Notes: generated by a model from the sequence alone, not told the origin. 64,000 nucleotides of DNA from Bacteroidota bacterium (GCA_020048155.1 JAIFMY010000022.1:4356-68355), one strand, 5' to 3'. Shown: positions 26,753 to 36,504, counted from the first letter of the stretch. Translations and numbers: made by a program.

Positions 26753-28750
26753 TTAAATTTTTACTCCCATAACTAAAATATCGTCAACTTGTTCGAAGTT
26801 GGCTTTCCAGTCTTCAAATTCAAAAACTATGGCTTCTTTCTGTTCCAACAAAGATTTGAAAGAAATCCGTTCAAGCATTTTGTCGAAACGGCTTGATAAA
26901 AACTTTTTATTATCTAAACCTCCAAACTGATCTAGTATTCCATCTGTGGTTAAGTATATCATATCGTTAGGTTTAATCTCTATCGTTTTCTCCTTGAATG
27001 GGTTTAATGTATCAAAAGAAATGCCAATAGGCATTTTATCTGGCTTGTATTTGGTAAGAATTTGATCGCGAACCAAATATACCGGTTGGTTGGCGCCTGC
27101 GTATTTTATGTTCATGGCATGATGATCAATGATGCACAGTGCCATATCCATGCCATCGTGGTTGTTGTAGTAGAAAGATCCCGTTTGTCGCAGAGTTTCT
27201 ATAAGTTTAGCCCTAAGCAGATCAAGTATATGATTTGCATTCTGGCTACTGGTTTTACTCATTATTTCATTCAGAAATGCAATACCAAGCATGCTCATAA
27301 GTGCCCCCGGGACTCCGTGTCCGGTACAATCTGCTACGGCCAAATATGTAAGGTTGTTGCGCTGATTTACCCAATAGAAGTCGCCACTGACTATATCGCG
27401 AGGCTTGAATATAATAAAATAATCGGTAAGAGTTTGTTTTAGAAGATCAGCAGGAGGGAATAGTGCTTGCTGAATGCGTTGGGCATAAATAATGCTATCA
27501 GTAATTTTTTTGTTTTGCTCGGCAATCTGGTTTATTTGTCTGATTGCAATTTCGTGCTGATGTTCAATTTTGTGCTTCTGTTGCCTGAGAGTTTCAAGTA
27601 GTGCTCTTTGGTTCGTAATATCAACGAAACTGATAAGAAAATACTGTTTTCCTCTGATTTCAAAATCGACATGGTTGAGCAGGATTGTCACTTTATTGTC
27701 TTTCTCAAGAATCAACTCGCACTCAATACCGTCATTCTGATTGTATTGACGAAGTTGCGCCAAGGAAGAGTCTATATTTAACCTCAGGTATTGAGTAAAC
27801 TCCTTGCCAATGATATCATCTTCAGAGCAACCCAGCATATTCATTGCCAATCGGTTGGTTTTAACTATTTCATTCGTTTCGGGAATTATGAGAAAAATGC
27901 CAGCCTGTATGGTATCAATAATTACTTTAAGAAAACGTTCATTTTCCCTAACTGCTTCTTCTTCTTTGCGTTTGGCGTCTATATCACGAATCAGACAAAA
28001 AATCTTTTTATCGCTTTCAGATCCTATTTTACTCAATTCTAACTCAGCTAAAAAGAATTTGCCATTTTGCTTTTTTACCACCCATTCTATAGAGGTTTGT
28101 CCCAAGGTAAGAGTTTTTCTCAAGGTTTCGGCCACGCCTTGGCTTATAGACTCGTAAGTGGGTTTTATAAAAAACTGGAGCGGAAAGCCTACCAGTTGGT
28201 TTCGGTTGTTGCACTCAAAAACGCTTTGCGCTTGGGTGTTGCAATCGGTAATAATGGAATCTTCGATGATAATAAACGGGGTGTGTGCATTTTCAAAAAC
28301 CAGCCTGAATTTATTTTCGCTTTGCAGCAAAGCCTGATGTTTTATGGCAAGTTTTTTTTCGATTTCCCGTTTGTTGATGGCCATTTCAATCACAACCCTG
28401 AGGTGCTTTTCATCAAAGGGTTTTATGAGAAAACCTAAAGGATCTGTTTTTTTAGCTTCATTTATGATATGAGCCTCTATGGACCCAGTCATAAAAATGA
28501 CTTTGAGCAAATATTTTTCGCGGATTATATTGGCAGTTTGAATGCCGTTGAGTTTAAATTTGAGGTGAATATCCATGAGTATGAGATCAACGGAATTGCT
28601 TTCGATGAATTCGAGCGCCTCTTCGCCGGACTCAATGATAACCATATTGGAATACCCAATCCCCCTGAGCATTTCTTTGAGCAGGATGCTTATGGGCGGG
28701 GAGTCCTCCACTATCAAAACCCGTTCATTCTGTCTATCCAGAAAATCCAT
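26753..28750 (-). CDS. Response-regulator receiver, 2 PAS and SpoIIE/PP2C phosphatase
   Basis: The REC domain reads VLIVEDSP…LILMDIHL…IKP, followed by two PAS-like modules. PP2C motifs VSGDFYW, DCTGHGVPGA, TDGILDQFGG and QVDDILVMG are present. Confidence 0.9.
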   Translation of the reverse strand: MDFLDRQNERVLIVEDSPPISILLKEMLRGIGYSNMVIIESGEEALEFIESNSVDLILMDIHLKFKLNGIQTANIIREKYLLKVIFMTGSIEAHIINEAKKTDPLGFLIKPFDEKHLRVVIEMAINKREIEKKLAIKHQALLQSENKFRLVFENAHTPFIIIEDSIITDCNTQAQSVFECNNRNQLVGFPLQFFIKPTYESISQGVAETLRKTLTLGQTSIEWVVKKQNGKFFLAELELSKIGSESDKKIFCLIRDIDAKRKEEEAVRENERFLKVIIDTIQAGIFLIIPETNEIVKTNRLAMNMLGCSEDDIIGKEFTQYLRLNIDSSLAQLRQYNQNDGIECELILEKDNKVTILLNHVDFEIRGKQYFLISFVDITNQRALLETLRQQKHKIEHQHEIAIRQINQIAEQNKKITDSIIYAQRIQQALFPPADLLKQTLTDYFIIFKPRDIVSGDFYWVNQRNNLTYLAVADCTGHGVPGALMSMLGIAFLNEIMSKTSSQNANHILDLLRAKLIETLRQTGSFYYNNHDGMDMALCIIDHHAMNIKYAGANQPVYLVRDQILTKYKPDKMPIGISFDTLNPFKEKTIEIKPNDMIYLTTDGILDQFGGLDNKKFLSSRFDKMLERISFKSLLEQKEAIVFEFEDWKANFEQVDDILVMGVKI

Positions 28751-28780
28751 TTGGTCAAACTAAATATGAATACTTTTGGT

Positions 28781-30997
28781 TTATACCTTATTTTTCCCGT
28801 TCAATTTCAACCCAATAAAAAGTATATCATCTACCTGTTCGTATTTTCCTTGCCACTTTTTGAGGGTTCTATCAATTTCATTTTTTTGTTGTGCTACAGA
28901 AATATTTTGTATAGATGTGAGCAATTCTTTAACTTGTTTTCTTGAGAATTTAAGCTTCTCATCGCCACCAAATTGATCTTGAAGACCATCGGTAAACAAA
29001 TATATAACAATTTCGTTATTGTGAGAATAGTTATAGGTTTGTTTGGTAAATTGTCTGTCCTGTTCTCTTTGCAAACCGCCAATAGAAATATTATCCCCTT
29101 TGAATTGATCAAACTCACCATCACGGAAAAAGAAAACAGGGTTTTTGGCTCCGGCAAATTCAAATATCTTGTTATGGTGATCAATCACGCATAAAGCCAT
29201 ATCCATTCCGTCTCTGTTATCGTTGTGCTCCTGATTAAGTGCTTTGCGTATAAGTTTATGCAATGAAAGTAGTATAAGGTCGGCACTGGTGATATCTTCG
29301 TAAGTAATTATTTGTTCGAGAAAAGAGTCGGCGAGCATACTCATAAAAGCGCCGGGCACACCATGTCCGGTGCAGTCTATTGCAGCTACTATGGTCATGT
29401 TTTTTTGTTTCAGATGCCTATACCAATAAAAATCACCACTCACCACTTCTTTGGGTTTCAAGAATATAAATGAGTCGGGTATAACAGTTTTCAAGCCTTC
29501 GGTATCAAGCAAAAGTGCATTTTGTATGCGGCTGGCATAGGTAATGGATGCAGTTATGTGCCTGTTCTGATTCTGGATTTCTTCTTTCTGAATGATTATT
29601 TCTTTGTTAGCAACTCCTAGTTCTTCCTTTTGTTTTAGAATTTCATCTTTCTGTTTGTTTATCTCCTCATTTTGCAAAACAAGCTTGTGGTTTGAACGGT
29701 TGAGTTTGCGGCTGCTGGTATAATAATAATATCCGAAAAATGCTATAAATATCAATCCTCCAAGCAAGCTATATGTTTGTATACGGCTCCTCTTCAGTTC
29801 TTCATTTTTGAGTGCCTGGTCGCGGCGCAAAATTTCAATTTCCTTTTCCTGCCTTTGCAATTCCAGACTTACTTGCATTTCAGTAAGTCTCTCCTTCTCT
29901 CTCTCTTCGGTTATCTCATTCATGGTGGATACCAGTTTCTCAAGATTGGTGTTTGCCTCTTTCAGATTGCCATTTTCTGAATATAAAGTAGATAAAAGGG
30001 CGTAGCTACTCTTATACTCTTCCAGAAACCCGCTGTTAGCTTCTATGGATTTATGAGCGAAATCTATGGCTTTATTGCTATTTCCTTGTTGATATGAAAG
30101 GTGGGCAAACTTATTATAAATGAGCGTAATGTTTTCATTCTGATTTGTTTCTTGACTAATGATAAGTGCCCTGTCGTAATAATCTATTGCTTCAGCATAT
30201 TCTTCATTCTCGAAATGCATATCACCGTAAAGTACATATATTTCGGCAACTCTGTCTTTGTCTGCTTCAATTTTATGGCGTATCAGTGCTTCTTTCAATT
30301 TAAGTTTGGCACCATCAAAATCTTCTTGCTGTATTTTTAGTTTGGCTAAGTGAAACAAAGATTCTGCAATGTCCTTATTTACTTTGCTTTTCATGCGATA
30401 AGCCAAAGCACTCTCAAGTTTTTGTTTAGCGGTTTCTATTTGCTCAAGCTGAAGATATACAAGCCCAGCGCGATCGTCGGCAAGTGCTATTCCCGAAAAA
30501 TTATTTGTTTGTTTGAATAAGTCGGCGGCTTTGCTATAATACTCAATAGCCACTTCTTCCACCTTTTGAATGGCATAGAGGTTCCCGACATGTATATAAC
30601 ATATGCCCATTTCATTTTTATCGCCAAGCTGATCGAACAACTTAAAAGCTTTGAAATAATAATCCATGGCCAAATAGTATACCTTTTGCTCGTTGTAAAT
30701 AGCTGCAATATTCTGGAACATACTGGCTTGCAAATGAGGCAAATTCAAGGATTCGGCCAGAATCAAGGCTTCTGCGGCAATTTCGATAGCTAAATAAGGT
30801 TTATCGGTACGGGCCAACTGAAACATATGCCCGAGTTTTTTAATAGCCACGGTATCTTGCCCATTCTCTTGAATATGCTGCTCATACTCAATACGCAGAG
30901 AGTCGAGATCTGCCTGAGCCGATGCTTGTGAATGAAACAAAAGAATGAATGTTATATAAACAAATACACTCCAGATATGGACTAAAAAATATTTCAT
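28781..30997 (-). CDS. Periplasmic TPR sensor, TM, heptad helix and SpoIIE/PP2C phosphatase
   Basis: The 738-aa protein has a signal peptide (…SQASAQADLD), TPR-like repeats and a TM segment (LLGGLIFIAFFGYYYY). PP2C motifs VSGDFYW, DCTGHGVPGA, TDGLQDQFGG and QVDDILFIG are present. Confidence 0.85.
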   Translation of the reverse strand: MKYFLVHIWSVFVYITFILLFHSQASAQADLDSLRIEYEQHIQENGQDTVAIKKLGHMFQLARTDKPYLAIEIAAEALILAESLNLPHLQASMFQNIAAIYNEQKVYYLAMDYYFKAFKLFDQLGDKNEMGICYIHVGNLYAIQKVEEVAIEYYSKAADLFKQTNNFSGIALADDRAGLVYLQLEQIETAKQKLESALAYRMKSKVNKDIAESLFHLAKLKIQQEDFDGAKLKLKEALIRHKIEADKDRVAEIYVLYGDMHFENEEYAEAIDYYDRALIISQETNQNENITLIYNKFAHLSYQQGNSNKAIDFAHKSIEANSGFLEEYKSSYALLSTLYSENGNLKEANTNLEKLVSTMNEITEEREKERLTEMQVSLELQRQEKEIEILRRDQALKNEELKRSRIQTYSLLGGLIFIAFFGYYYYTSSRKLNRSNHKLVLQNEEINKQKDEILKQKEELGVANKEIIIQKEEIQNQNRHITASITYASRIQNALLLDTEGLKTVIPDSFIFLKPKEVVSGDFYWYRHLKQKNMTIVAAIDCTGHGVPGAFMSMLADSFLEQIITYEDITSADLILLSLHKLIRKALNQEHNDNRDGMDMALCVIDHHNKIFEFAGAKNPVFFFRDGEFDQFKGDNISIGGLQREQDRQFTKQTYNYSHNNEIVIYLFTDGLQDQFGGDEKLKFSRKQVKELLTSIQNISVAQQKNEIDRTLKKWQGKYEQVDDILFIGLKLNGKNKV

Positions 30998-31167
30998 CTG
31001 GTATTAATTCTCAAAATATAAACTTAATTTCCGATGCAGTATGTTAATGGTAAAAGTAACTAAATTGTTTTTAAATAGAAAGTATGTTTCACGATAATAC
31101 AAAAAACCATTCAGTATTTTATAAGTGAGGGAAATATAGAAAAGTAAATAGAAATTTAAAACAGATT

Positions 31168-34100
31168 TCAGATTGAAATACCTACAACCAAAATATCATC
31201 AATCTGCGATGTTCCGTGCATCCACTTATCCATTTCATTCTCAAAAATAGTATATTGCTGTTGCATAGGCAAGCAAGCGGTTTGGTTGAGTAAAAGTTCA
31301 AGTCGTTTGGTAAGAAATTTTTTGCCCAAAGGTCCCCCAAACTGGTCGCGATATCCATCGGTAAAAAGATATAATTTATTACCAGGAATGTAAGGAAACG
31401 TATTGACTGTAAAAGCAGCCGGAAGCTCTTGCGAATAAAACCCAATAGGCATTTTATCTGGCTTTAGCTTAAACAGTTCATTGGTTTTGCAGGTATACAA
31501 ATAAGCAGCATTGTTAGCCCCTGCAAATTGTACGATTCCCTCAGATTTGTTTATGGTTATCATAGCAATATCAAGCCCATCTCGTGTTTCCCCGTCTTTT
31601 CCGCGCTGATGAAGAGCAAGAATGAACCTCTCGCGCAATTGGTTGAGTAATTCTGCCGGATTCAAATCTTCGAGTCGTTGTATCAGGTCATTGAGATAGG
31701 CCATACCCAGGAGGCTGAGAAAAGCTCCGGGAATGCCATGACCTGTGCAATCTGCAACGGCTATAAATGCAACTCCATTTTTGTTGGCAGCCCAATAAAA
31801 ATCACCGCTCACAATATCTCTTGGTCTATTGAGTATGAAATAATCGTCGAAAAGTGCTTCGAAGAGCAGATCGAGCGGCAACATGGCTTGCTGTATACGA
31901 CTTGCATACAATATGCTATCGCGCATTTCCTTGTTTTGCTTAAAAATCTGATCTCTTTGGGCTTCAATTTCAGCATTTTTGCGCATTATCTCTTGCTCAG
32001 CAGATTTTACATTGCTAATATCGGTATCTACGGCAATCCATCTGAAAATGGTTCCATCGTCGTTGAAAATGGGAGTAATATTGGTCTGATACCAAAAACT
32101 TTCGCCTTCAACTACATCGTGGGTTACGTAATTGGCAGATTTAAGGTTGAAATCAAAATTATTGATGATTTCTTCTAAATCTGGACGAACTAAATGCTTG
32201 ATTTTATTAAAATTAGAACCTTTAAAATTTCGAAATTTAAACTTAAATAACCGCATAAAACCTTCGTTCCACCATTCAAAATCCCCTTTCTCGTTCAGAA
32301 TTACAAAAGAAGAATCTGCTTGTTTGGTAATAAGTGAAAACTGACGCAATTCATTTACCGATAATTTGAGCATTTCTGCCTGGGATCTTAGTTTGTTGGC
32401 TTGCAATTCTATTTCTTCCTTTTGTTTCGTTATTTCGGCGGTGCGATCCTGAATTATTTTCTCCAACTCAATTTTCTTTAACATGTATCGTCTTTGATAC
32501 ATTTTCTGCCCCAAATAAAAAACAACAATGATAACCAACACATAGAAACCGTATGCAGCAAAAGTCCTGTAAAAAGGAGGGCTCACGCCAAAATGAAACT
32601 CCGTATCTCCGGTAACCTGCCCGTCTATATTTCTGGCTCTTACTTTGAAAATATATTTCCCCTCAGGCAAAGCATTGTACACTACTACATTCTGAGAGTT
32701 CACCATATTCCACCCAATATCCAGTCCTTCAAGTTTATACTCGAAATAGGGTTTATTCCCGGGCACGTAAGTTGGTAATCCGAATTCAAATTTTATTTTA
32801 CTCCTTTTGTAAGCCAATTCATCATTAAGTATCAACTTATTTGGGCTTATGGTCGAAATTTTGCTCAAGTCAAATTCCATATTCTCTTGGTTCTTTTGGT
32901 TCCAAAAGGTTATTTTACTGAAAACTACACTCGGAAGTTGAATTTTTGTCTGCTTATTGAGAATTCTGTTGATGAGCAAAAAATTATCGTAATCACCTAT
33001 ACAATACTCATTTTCATTAATTTCGGCAAAAACAATATTGTCAGAATTCGGGTTATATCCAGCAGAGTATTCGGGAGTGATATTAAAAATCTTATTCTTG
33101 TCGTAACAACCAGTATAATAACCACTCACTGTAATAATCCAGATTTTGTCATATTTTCCACTTTTCAATGATTTTATATGCAAACGTTTGCCGTTTATTA
33201 TACGATTAAACTCCTGCGCCAACTCAAAGCCACCAGCTTTGTCACCACTCGAGTGGACATATTTATAAACATTTTCATTGGCCAAAACAAAAAGATTATT
33301 GTGGAACCAAACCGGGGAATACAATTCGTTGGGGGGTAATCCATCCTTTTGGGTAAATCTTGTAATACGTGGGGATTTAAAATCTGAATTTGCATCAAAT
33401 TGCAAACGGTAGACTCCACTGTTGTCTACTCCCAACCAAATATTCCCGTCGTTATCCTCAGCTATTTGACGAATTTCACCTTCTATATCAGCAAATTTCC
33501 CTAGGCTGTCTAGTTTCACTGCATTTTGATCACTTCGTATTTTATACAAATAAATGCCTGAAGGATTGCCAACAAAAAGAATTTTGTGATTAATGCTATA
33601 CTGATGCGCAAAAAGAGGACTATATATGCTGGCAAGTTGCACAATACGGCTCTCTTCTGCCAAACAAATGCCTCGCAGATATAACCCAAGTAATATTTTG
33701 CGATTTTCGGTCAATTTTACTTCAACAAAACCTTGGTTATATATATTTTTACTATCTACTTGGCTGAGTTCGCCAGAATTCATCCCCAGGTTGGTGTCGC
33801 TTATATCCAATTTATATGTAGCTCCATGAGTACCTAAGTACAAAACATGATTGAAAAAGTATGCATTGCTAAGTAAGTGTTGCAACCCATCATTGCGCGT
33901 ATAGCTATTTATCGGAATATTTAGAAACACTTTATAAATTTCATCTTCCGTTGCAAGCCAGAGTGTCTGATTAGCATCCACAAACATTTCATATATTGCG
34001 TCCACTGTAAGGCCGTTATTTCTATTCAACTCATAGAGTTTATCGCCGTTTTTAGATACTACTACCATTCCGCCATTGAGCGAGCTATACGCAAAATTTC

Positions 34101-34902
34101 CATCGGGCAATAGTTCACCCGAATACACCATTTTGGTATTAAAAAACTCACTGGCTGTTGTTTTGAATGCTTGCGTTTTATATGGTGGCTTTTTAGAAGC
34201 CAGAAATAAACCATGCTGCGAGGTGGCAATTATAAGATTATCTGCGTTGTAGTTCAAAATACTAGATATCCGGTATTTAGCCAAATCTGCACCTATTGGA
34301 GTCAATTTTACAGTATCATTTTCAATGATTGCAATACCAGAGTTTTCAGTAGCAATGAAAATACTATCACCACATTTAAATCCGCTAAAAATGCTAAAAT
34401 CCTTATCGTGCTTCAGAAGTGTCAGATTATTCTCTGCATACTTAAATACCTTCTTGGTGCCCACAATAAAATAGATTGCCCCCCCATATTCAATGATTTT
34501 CCAGACATCACCATTCTTGTCTTTTATCCGTTCAGAAATATTAGTATATCTCAGACCAGCCGGAGAGATGGTAAAATATCCGAACTCGCCGGTTCCACCT
34601 ACATACAACTTATCATCAATCAATAGCATAGATCTGACCAATGACTTGTTGCTAAGTTTAAAGAGAGTCCAATTATTGCCATCGAACCTCAGCAAACCTG
34701 AACCGTTTCCGAAGTACATAACTCCGGAAGAATCTTGAGCAATATCCCAATTCTGAGCACTTGCCCGATGTTGGGCATGCGAGTAGTTTTGTATGATAGG
34801 CTTCAATGATTGTATAAAAGGCGCACGGGATTGTGCCCAGATTTGGGATTCGGAGATGAAAATGAGAAATAAAACCAATATTTTTAGCAGTTTGGCCGGC
34901 AT
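31168..34902 (-). CDS. Periplasmic two-component-regulator beta-propeller with a Y_Y_Y-like domain, then TM, PAS and SpoIIE/PP2C phosphatase
   Basis: The 1244-aa protein has a signal peptide (…QIWAQSRAP) and ~750 aa of propeller-like repeats of the kind found in Bacteroides hybrid two-component sensors. An Ig-like segment (KPYFEYKLEGLDIGWN…GKYIFKVRARN) and a TM segment follow, then PAS. PP2C motifs VSGDFYW, DCTGHGIPGA, TDGYRDQFGG and QIDDILVVG are present. Confidence 0.8.
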   Translation of the reverse strand: MPAKLLKILVLFLIFISESQIWAQSRAPFIQSLKPIIQNYSHAQHRASAQNWDIAQDSSGVMYFGNGSGLLRFDGNNWTLFKLSNKSLVRSMLLIDDKLYVGGTGEFGYFTISPAGLRYTNISERIKDKNGDVWKIIEYGGAIYFIVGTKKVFKYAENNLTLLKHDKDFSIFSGFKCGDSIFIATENSGIAIIENDTVKLTPIGADLAKYRISSILNYNADNLIIATSQHGLFLASKKPPYKTQAFKTTASEFFNTKMVYSGELLPDGNFAYSSLNGGMVVVSKNGDKLYELNRNNGLTVDAIYEMFVDANQTLWLATEDEIYKVFLNIPINSYTRNDGLQHLLSNAYFFNHVLYLGTHGATYKLDISDTNLGMNSGELSQVDSKNIYNQGFVEVKLTENRKILLGLYLRGICLAEESRIVQLASIYSPLFAHQYSINHKILFVGNPSGIYLYKIRSDQNAVKLDSLGKFADIEGEIRQIAEDNDGNIWLGVDNSGVYRLQFDANSDFKSPRITRFTQKDGLPPNELYSPVWFHNNLFVLANENVYKYVHSSGDKAGGFELAQEFNRIINGKRLHIKSLKSGKYDKIWIITVSGYYTGCYDKNKIFNITPEYSAGYNPNSDNIVFAEINENEYCIGDYDNFLLINRILNKQTKIQLPSVVFSKITFWNQKNQENMEFDLSKISTISPNKLILNDELAYKRSKIKFEFGLPTYVPGNKPYFEYKLEGLDIGWNMVNSQNVVVYNALPEGKYIFKVRARNIDGQVTGDTEFHFGVSPPFYRTFAAYGFYVLVIIVVFYLGQKMYQRRYMLKKIELEKIIQDRTAEITKQKEEIELQANKLRSQAEMLKLSVNELRQFSLITKQADSSFVILNEKGDFEWWNEGFMRLFKFKFRNFKGSNFNKIKHLVRPDLEEIINNFDFNLKSANYVTHDVVEGESFWYQTNITPIFNDDGTIFRWIAVDTDISNVKSAEQEIMRKNAEIEAQRDQIFKQNKEMRDSILYASRIQQAMLPLDLLFEALFDDYFILNRPRDIVSGDFYWAANKNGVAFIAVADCTGHGIPGAFLSLLGMAYLNDLIQRLEDLNPAELLNQLRERFILALHQRGKDGETRDGLDIAMITINKSEGIVQFAGANNAAYLYTCKTNELFKLKPDKMPIGFYSQELPAAFTVNTFPYIPGNKLYLFTDGYRDQFGGPLGKKFLTKRLELLLNQTACLPMQQQYTIFENEMDKWMHGTSQIDDILVVGISI

Positions 34903-34938
34903 CCGATTGTAAAGTGTATCATATTTTACACCAAATAT

Positions 34939-36255
34939 TTATAATTTAATACCTATCACAAGAATATCGTCAAGTTGACCATACTCCAGCATCCAGTCAC
35001 TGATAGTATTATCAAGTATATTCACTTGTAGGGTAAAATCGTGTGGATGCAATTTCACCAAAAGTTCCTTAAATTGTTTAGCCAGAAATTTTCTTCCCGA
35101 TGGGCCTCCAAATTGGTCAATATAGCCATCTGTAGTGAGATACATGAAATCACCAGGTTTATAAAAATGTTCTGTTTCGGTAAACGAATTATGAATTCTG
35201 AACGTAATACCAATCGGCATTTTATCACCACGGTACTCAGTAAGTTCACCCTCCGAAATAAAATAAACACTGTGATAAGCCCCGCTGAATGTTACTTTAC
35301 GCTCAGTAGTATTTACAATACATAGACTTATATCTAAACCATCTTTTGTCTCAATATCCTTTCCGGTCTGATTCAAAGATTTGATGACCATATTCCGAAG
35401 TTCAAACAGGATTTCGGAAGGTTTCCATTCATTAATTTTCAAGAAAATCTCATTGAGCAACGAAATGCCCAAAACGCTCATAAGTGCCCCGGGTACTCCG
35501 TGTCCGGTGCAATCTGCGGCTGCAATTGCAATCAAATCATCTTTCTGATTGATCCAATAAAAATCACCACTTACTATATCACGTGGTTTATAAAGGATAA
35601 AGGAATCGGGGAAAAGGTTTTTGAAATTTTGCTCTGGCACCAACATCGCTTGTTGTATGCGTCTGGCGTAAAATATACTGTCCGTTATTTCTCTCTTTTG
35701 CTCAAGTATCTGGTCGCGTTGTTGTTCGGCCATATCACGTTGTGCTTCTATTTCATCTCTTTGCGATTCAATTTCTTCTTTTTGGCGCACTATTTCGGCG
35801 TTGCGTGAGGCAAGTTCCTCTTCGAGCCTATCTTTATCTTTTACGCGTTGCACCATAGCCTTCATTACACTTTGCATGAGTTCCTGGTGCGTTGACATAA
35901 GGTTGAAAAAACTACTTTGGCTAAGTGCTATAAGCGTAACCGGTGTAATGGTTGTTACCGAGGCGGTGCGCAATGAAGAGTCGATGATGGAATACTCGCC
36001 AAAAGTACTTGGGGCATCAAGCTGTGTAAAAGTGACGTATTCATCATGCACCCTCACGCTGCCTTCTTTCAGAATGAACATAGAGTCAGATACATCATTC
36101 TTAGCAAAAATAATTTTGTATGCATCCAAGCGAATGGTCACTAATTCACGGGCTATTTTGATCAGAATATCATCAGCAATAGATGCAAACAGGGAAGTTT
36201 GCTTCAGCGCAAGCATCTCGGCTTCATGTTCCATATGGGTGTATGCATCTGCCAT
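34939..36255 (-). CDS. Cyclic-nucleotide-binding domain, heptad helix and SpoIIE/PP2C phosphatase
   Basis: The cNMP-binding signature reads FILKEGSVRV…FGEYSIIDSSLRTASVTTITP. PP2C motifs VSGDFYW, DCTGHGVPGA, TDGYIDQFGG and QLDDILVIG are present. Confidence 0.85.
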   Translation of the reverse strand: MADAYTHMEHEAEMLALKQTSLFASIADDILIKIARELVTIRLDAYKIIFAKNDVSDSMFILKEGSVRVHDEYVTFTQLDAPSTFGEYSIIDSSLRTASVTTITPVTLIALSQSSFFNLMSTHQELMQSVMKAMVQRVKDKDRLEEELASRNAEIVRQKEEIESQRDEIEAQRDMAEQQRDQILEQKREITDSIFYARRIQQAMLVPEQNFKNLFPDSFILYKPRDIVSGDFYWINQKDDLIAIAAADCTGHGVPGALMSVLGISLLNEIFLKINEWKPSEILFELRNMVIKSLNQTGKDIETKDGLDISLCIVNTTERKVTFSGAYHSVYFISEGELTEYRGDKMPIGITFRIHNSFTETEHFYKPGDFMYLTTDGYIDQFGGPSGRKFLAKQFKELLVKLHPHDFTLQVNILDNTISDWMLEYGQLDDILVIGIKL

Positions 36256-36467
36256 TTGCTGATATTTAATTTAAGTATATTATGCTTCTGATAAAACTCT
36301 AAAGTAACAAAAACATTGTATGCAATAAAATCTGTTTAGTATTTTTTTGGCACAAATATTACTCGGCGTATTCACTTTATAAAAATACACTTGATTGCAA
36401 CGAGCTATTATACTAAATATGTAACACATACGCAAGTAAATACCCATTAGTTTTTCCCTAAAACACA

Positions 36468-36504
36468 ATACCCATATTATCACAGAATAGGATAATACGG
36501 GTAT
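36468..36504 (-). terminator. Hairpin downstream of the GH24 gene (putative terminator)
   Basis: The stem is atacccatattatc / gataatacgggtat (13 of 14 bp) with a 9-nt loop. On the minus strand it is followed by TGTGTTTTAGGG. Confidence 0.4.

Noticed and set aside
35635-35650. A sigma-54-like element TGGCAC-caaca-TCGCT with correct GG/GC spacing.
   Set aside because: It lies inside and antisense to the cNMP-PP2C coding sequence, with no plus-strand gene to drive. It most likely arises by chance from the coding sequence.
36348-36363. A sigma-54-like element TGGCAC-aaata-TTACT on the plus strand, in the spacer downstream of the GH24 gene.
   Set aside because: The essential -12 GC is replaced by AC. 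The only plus-strand ORF downstream (36511..36822) is antisense to the well-supported GH24 gene and looks spurious.
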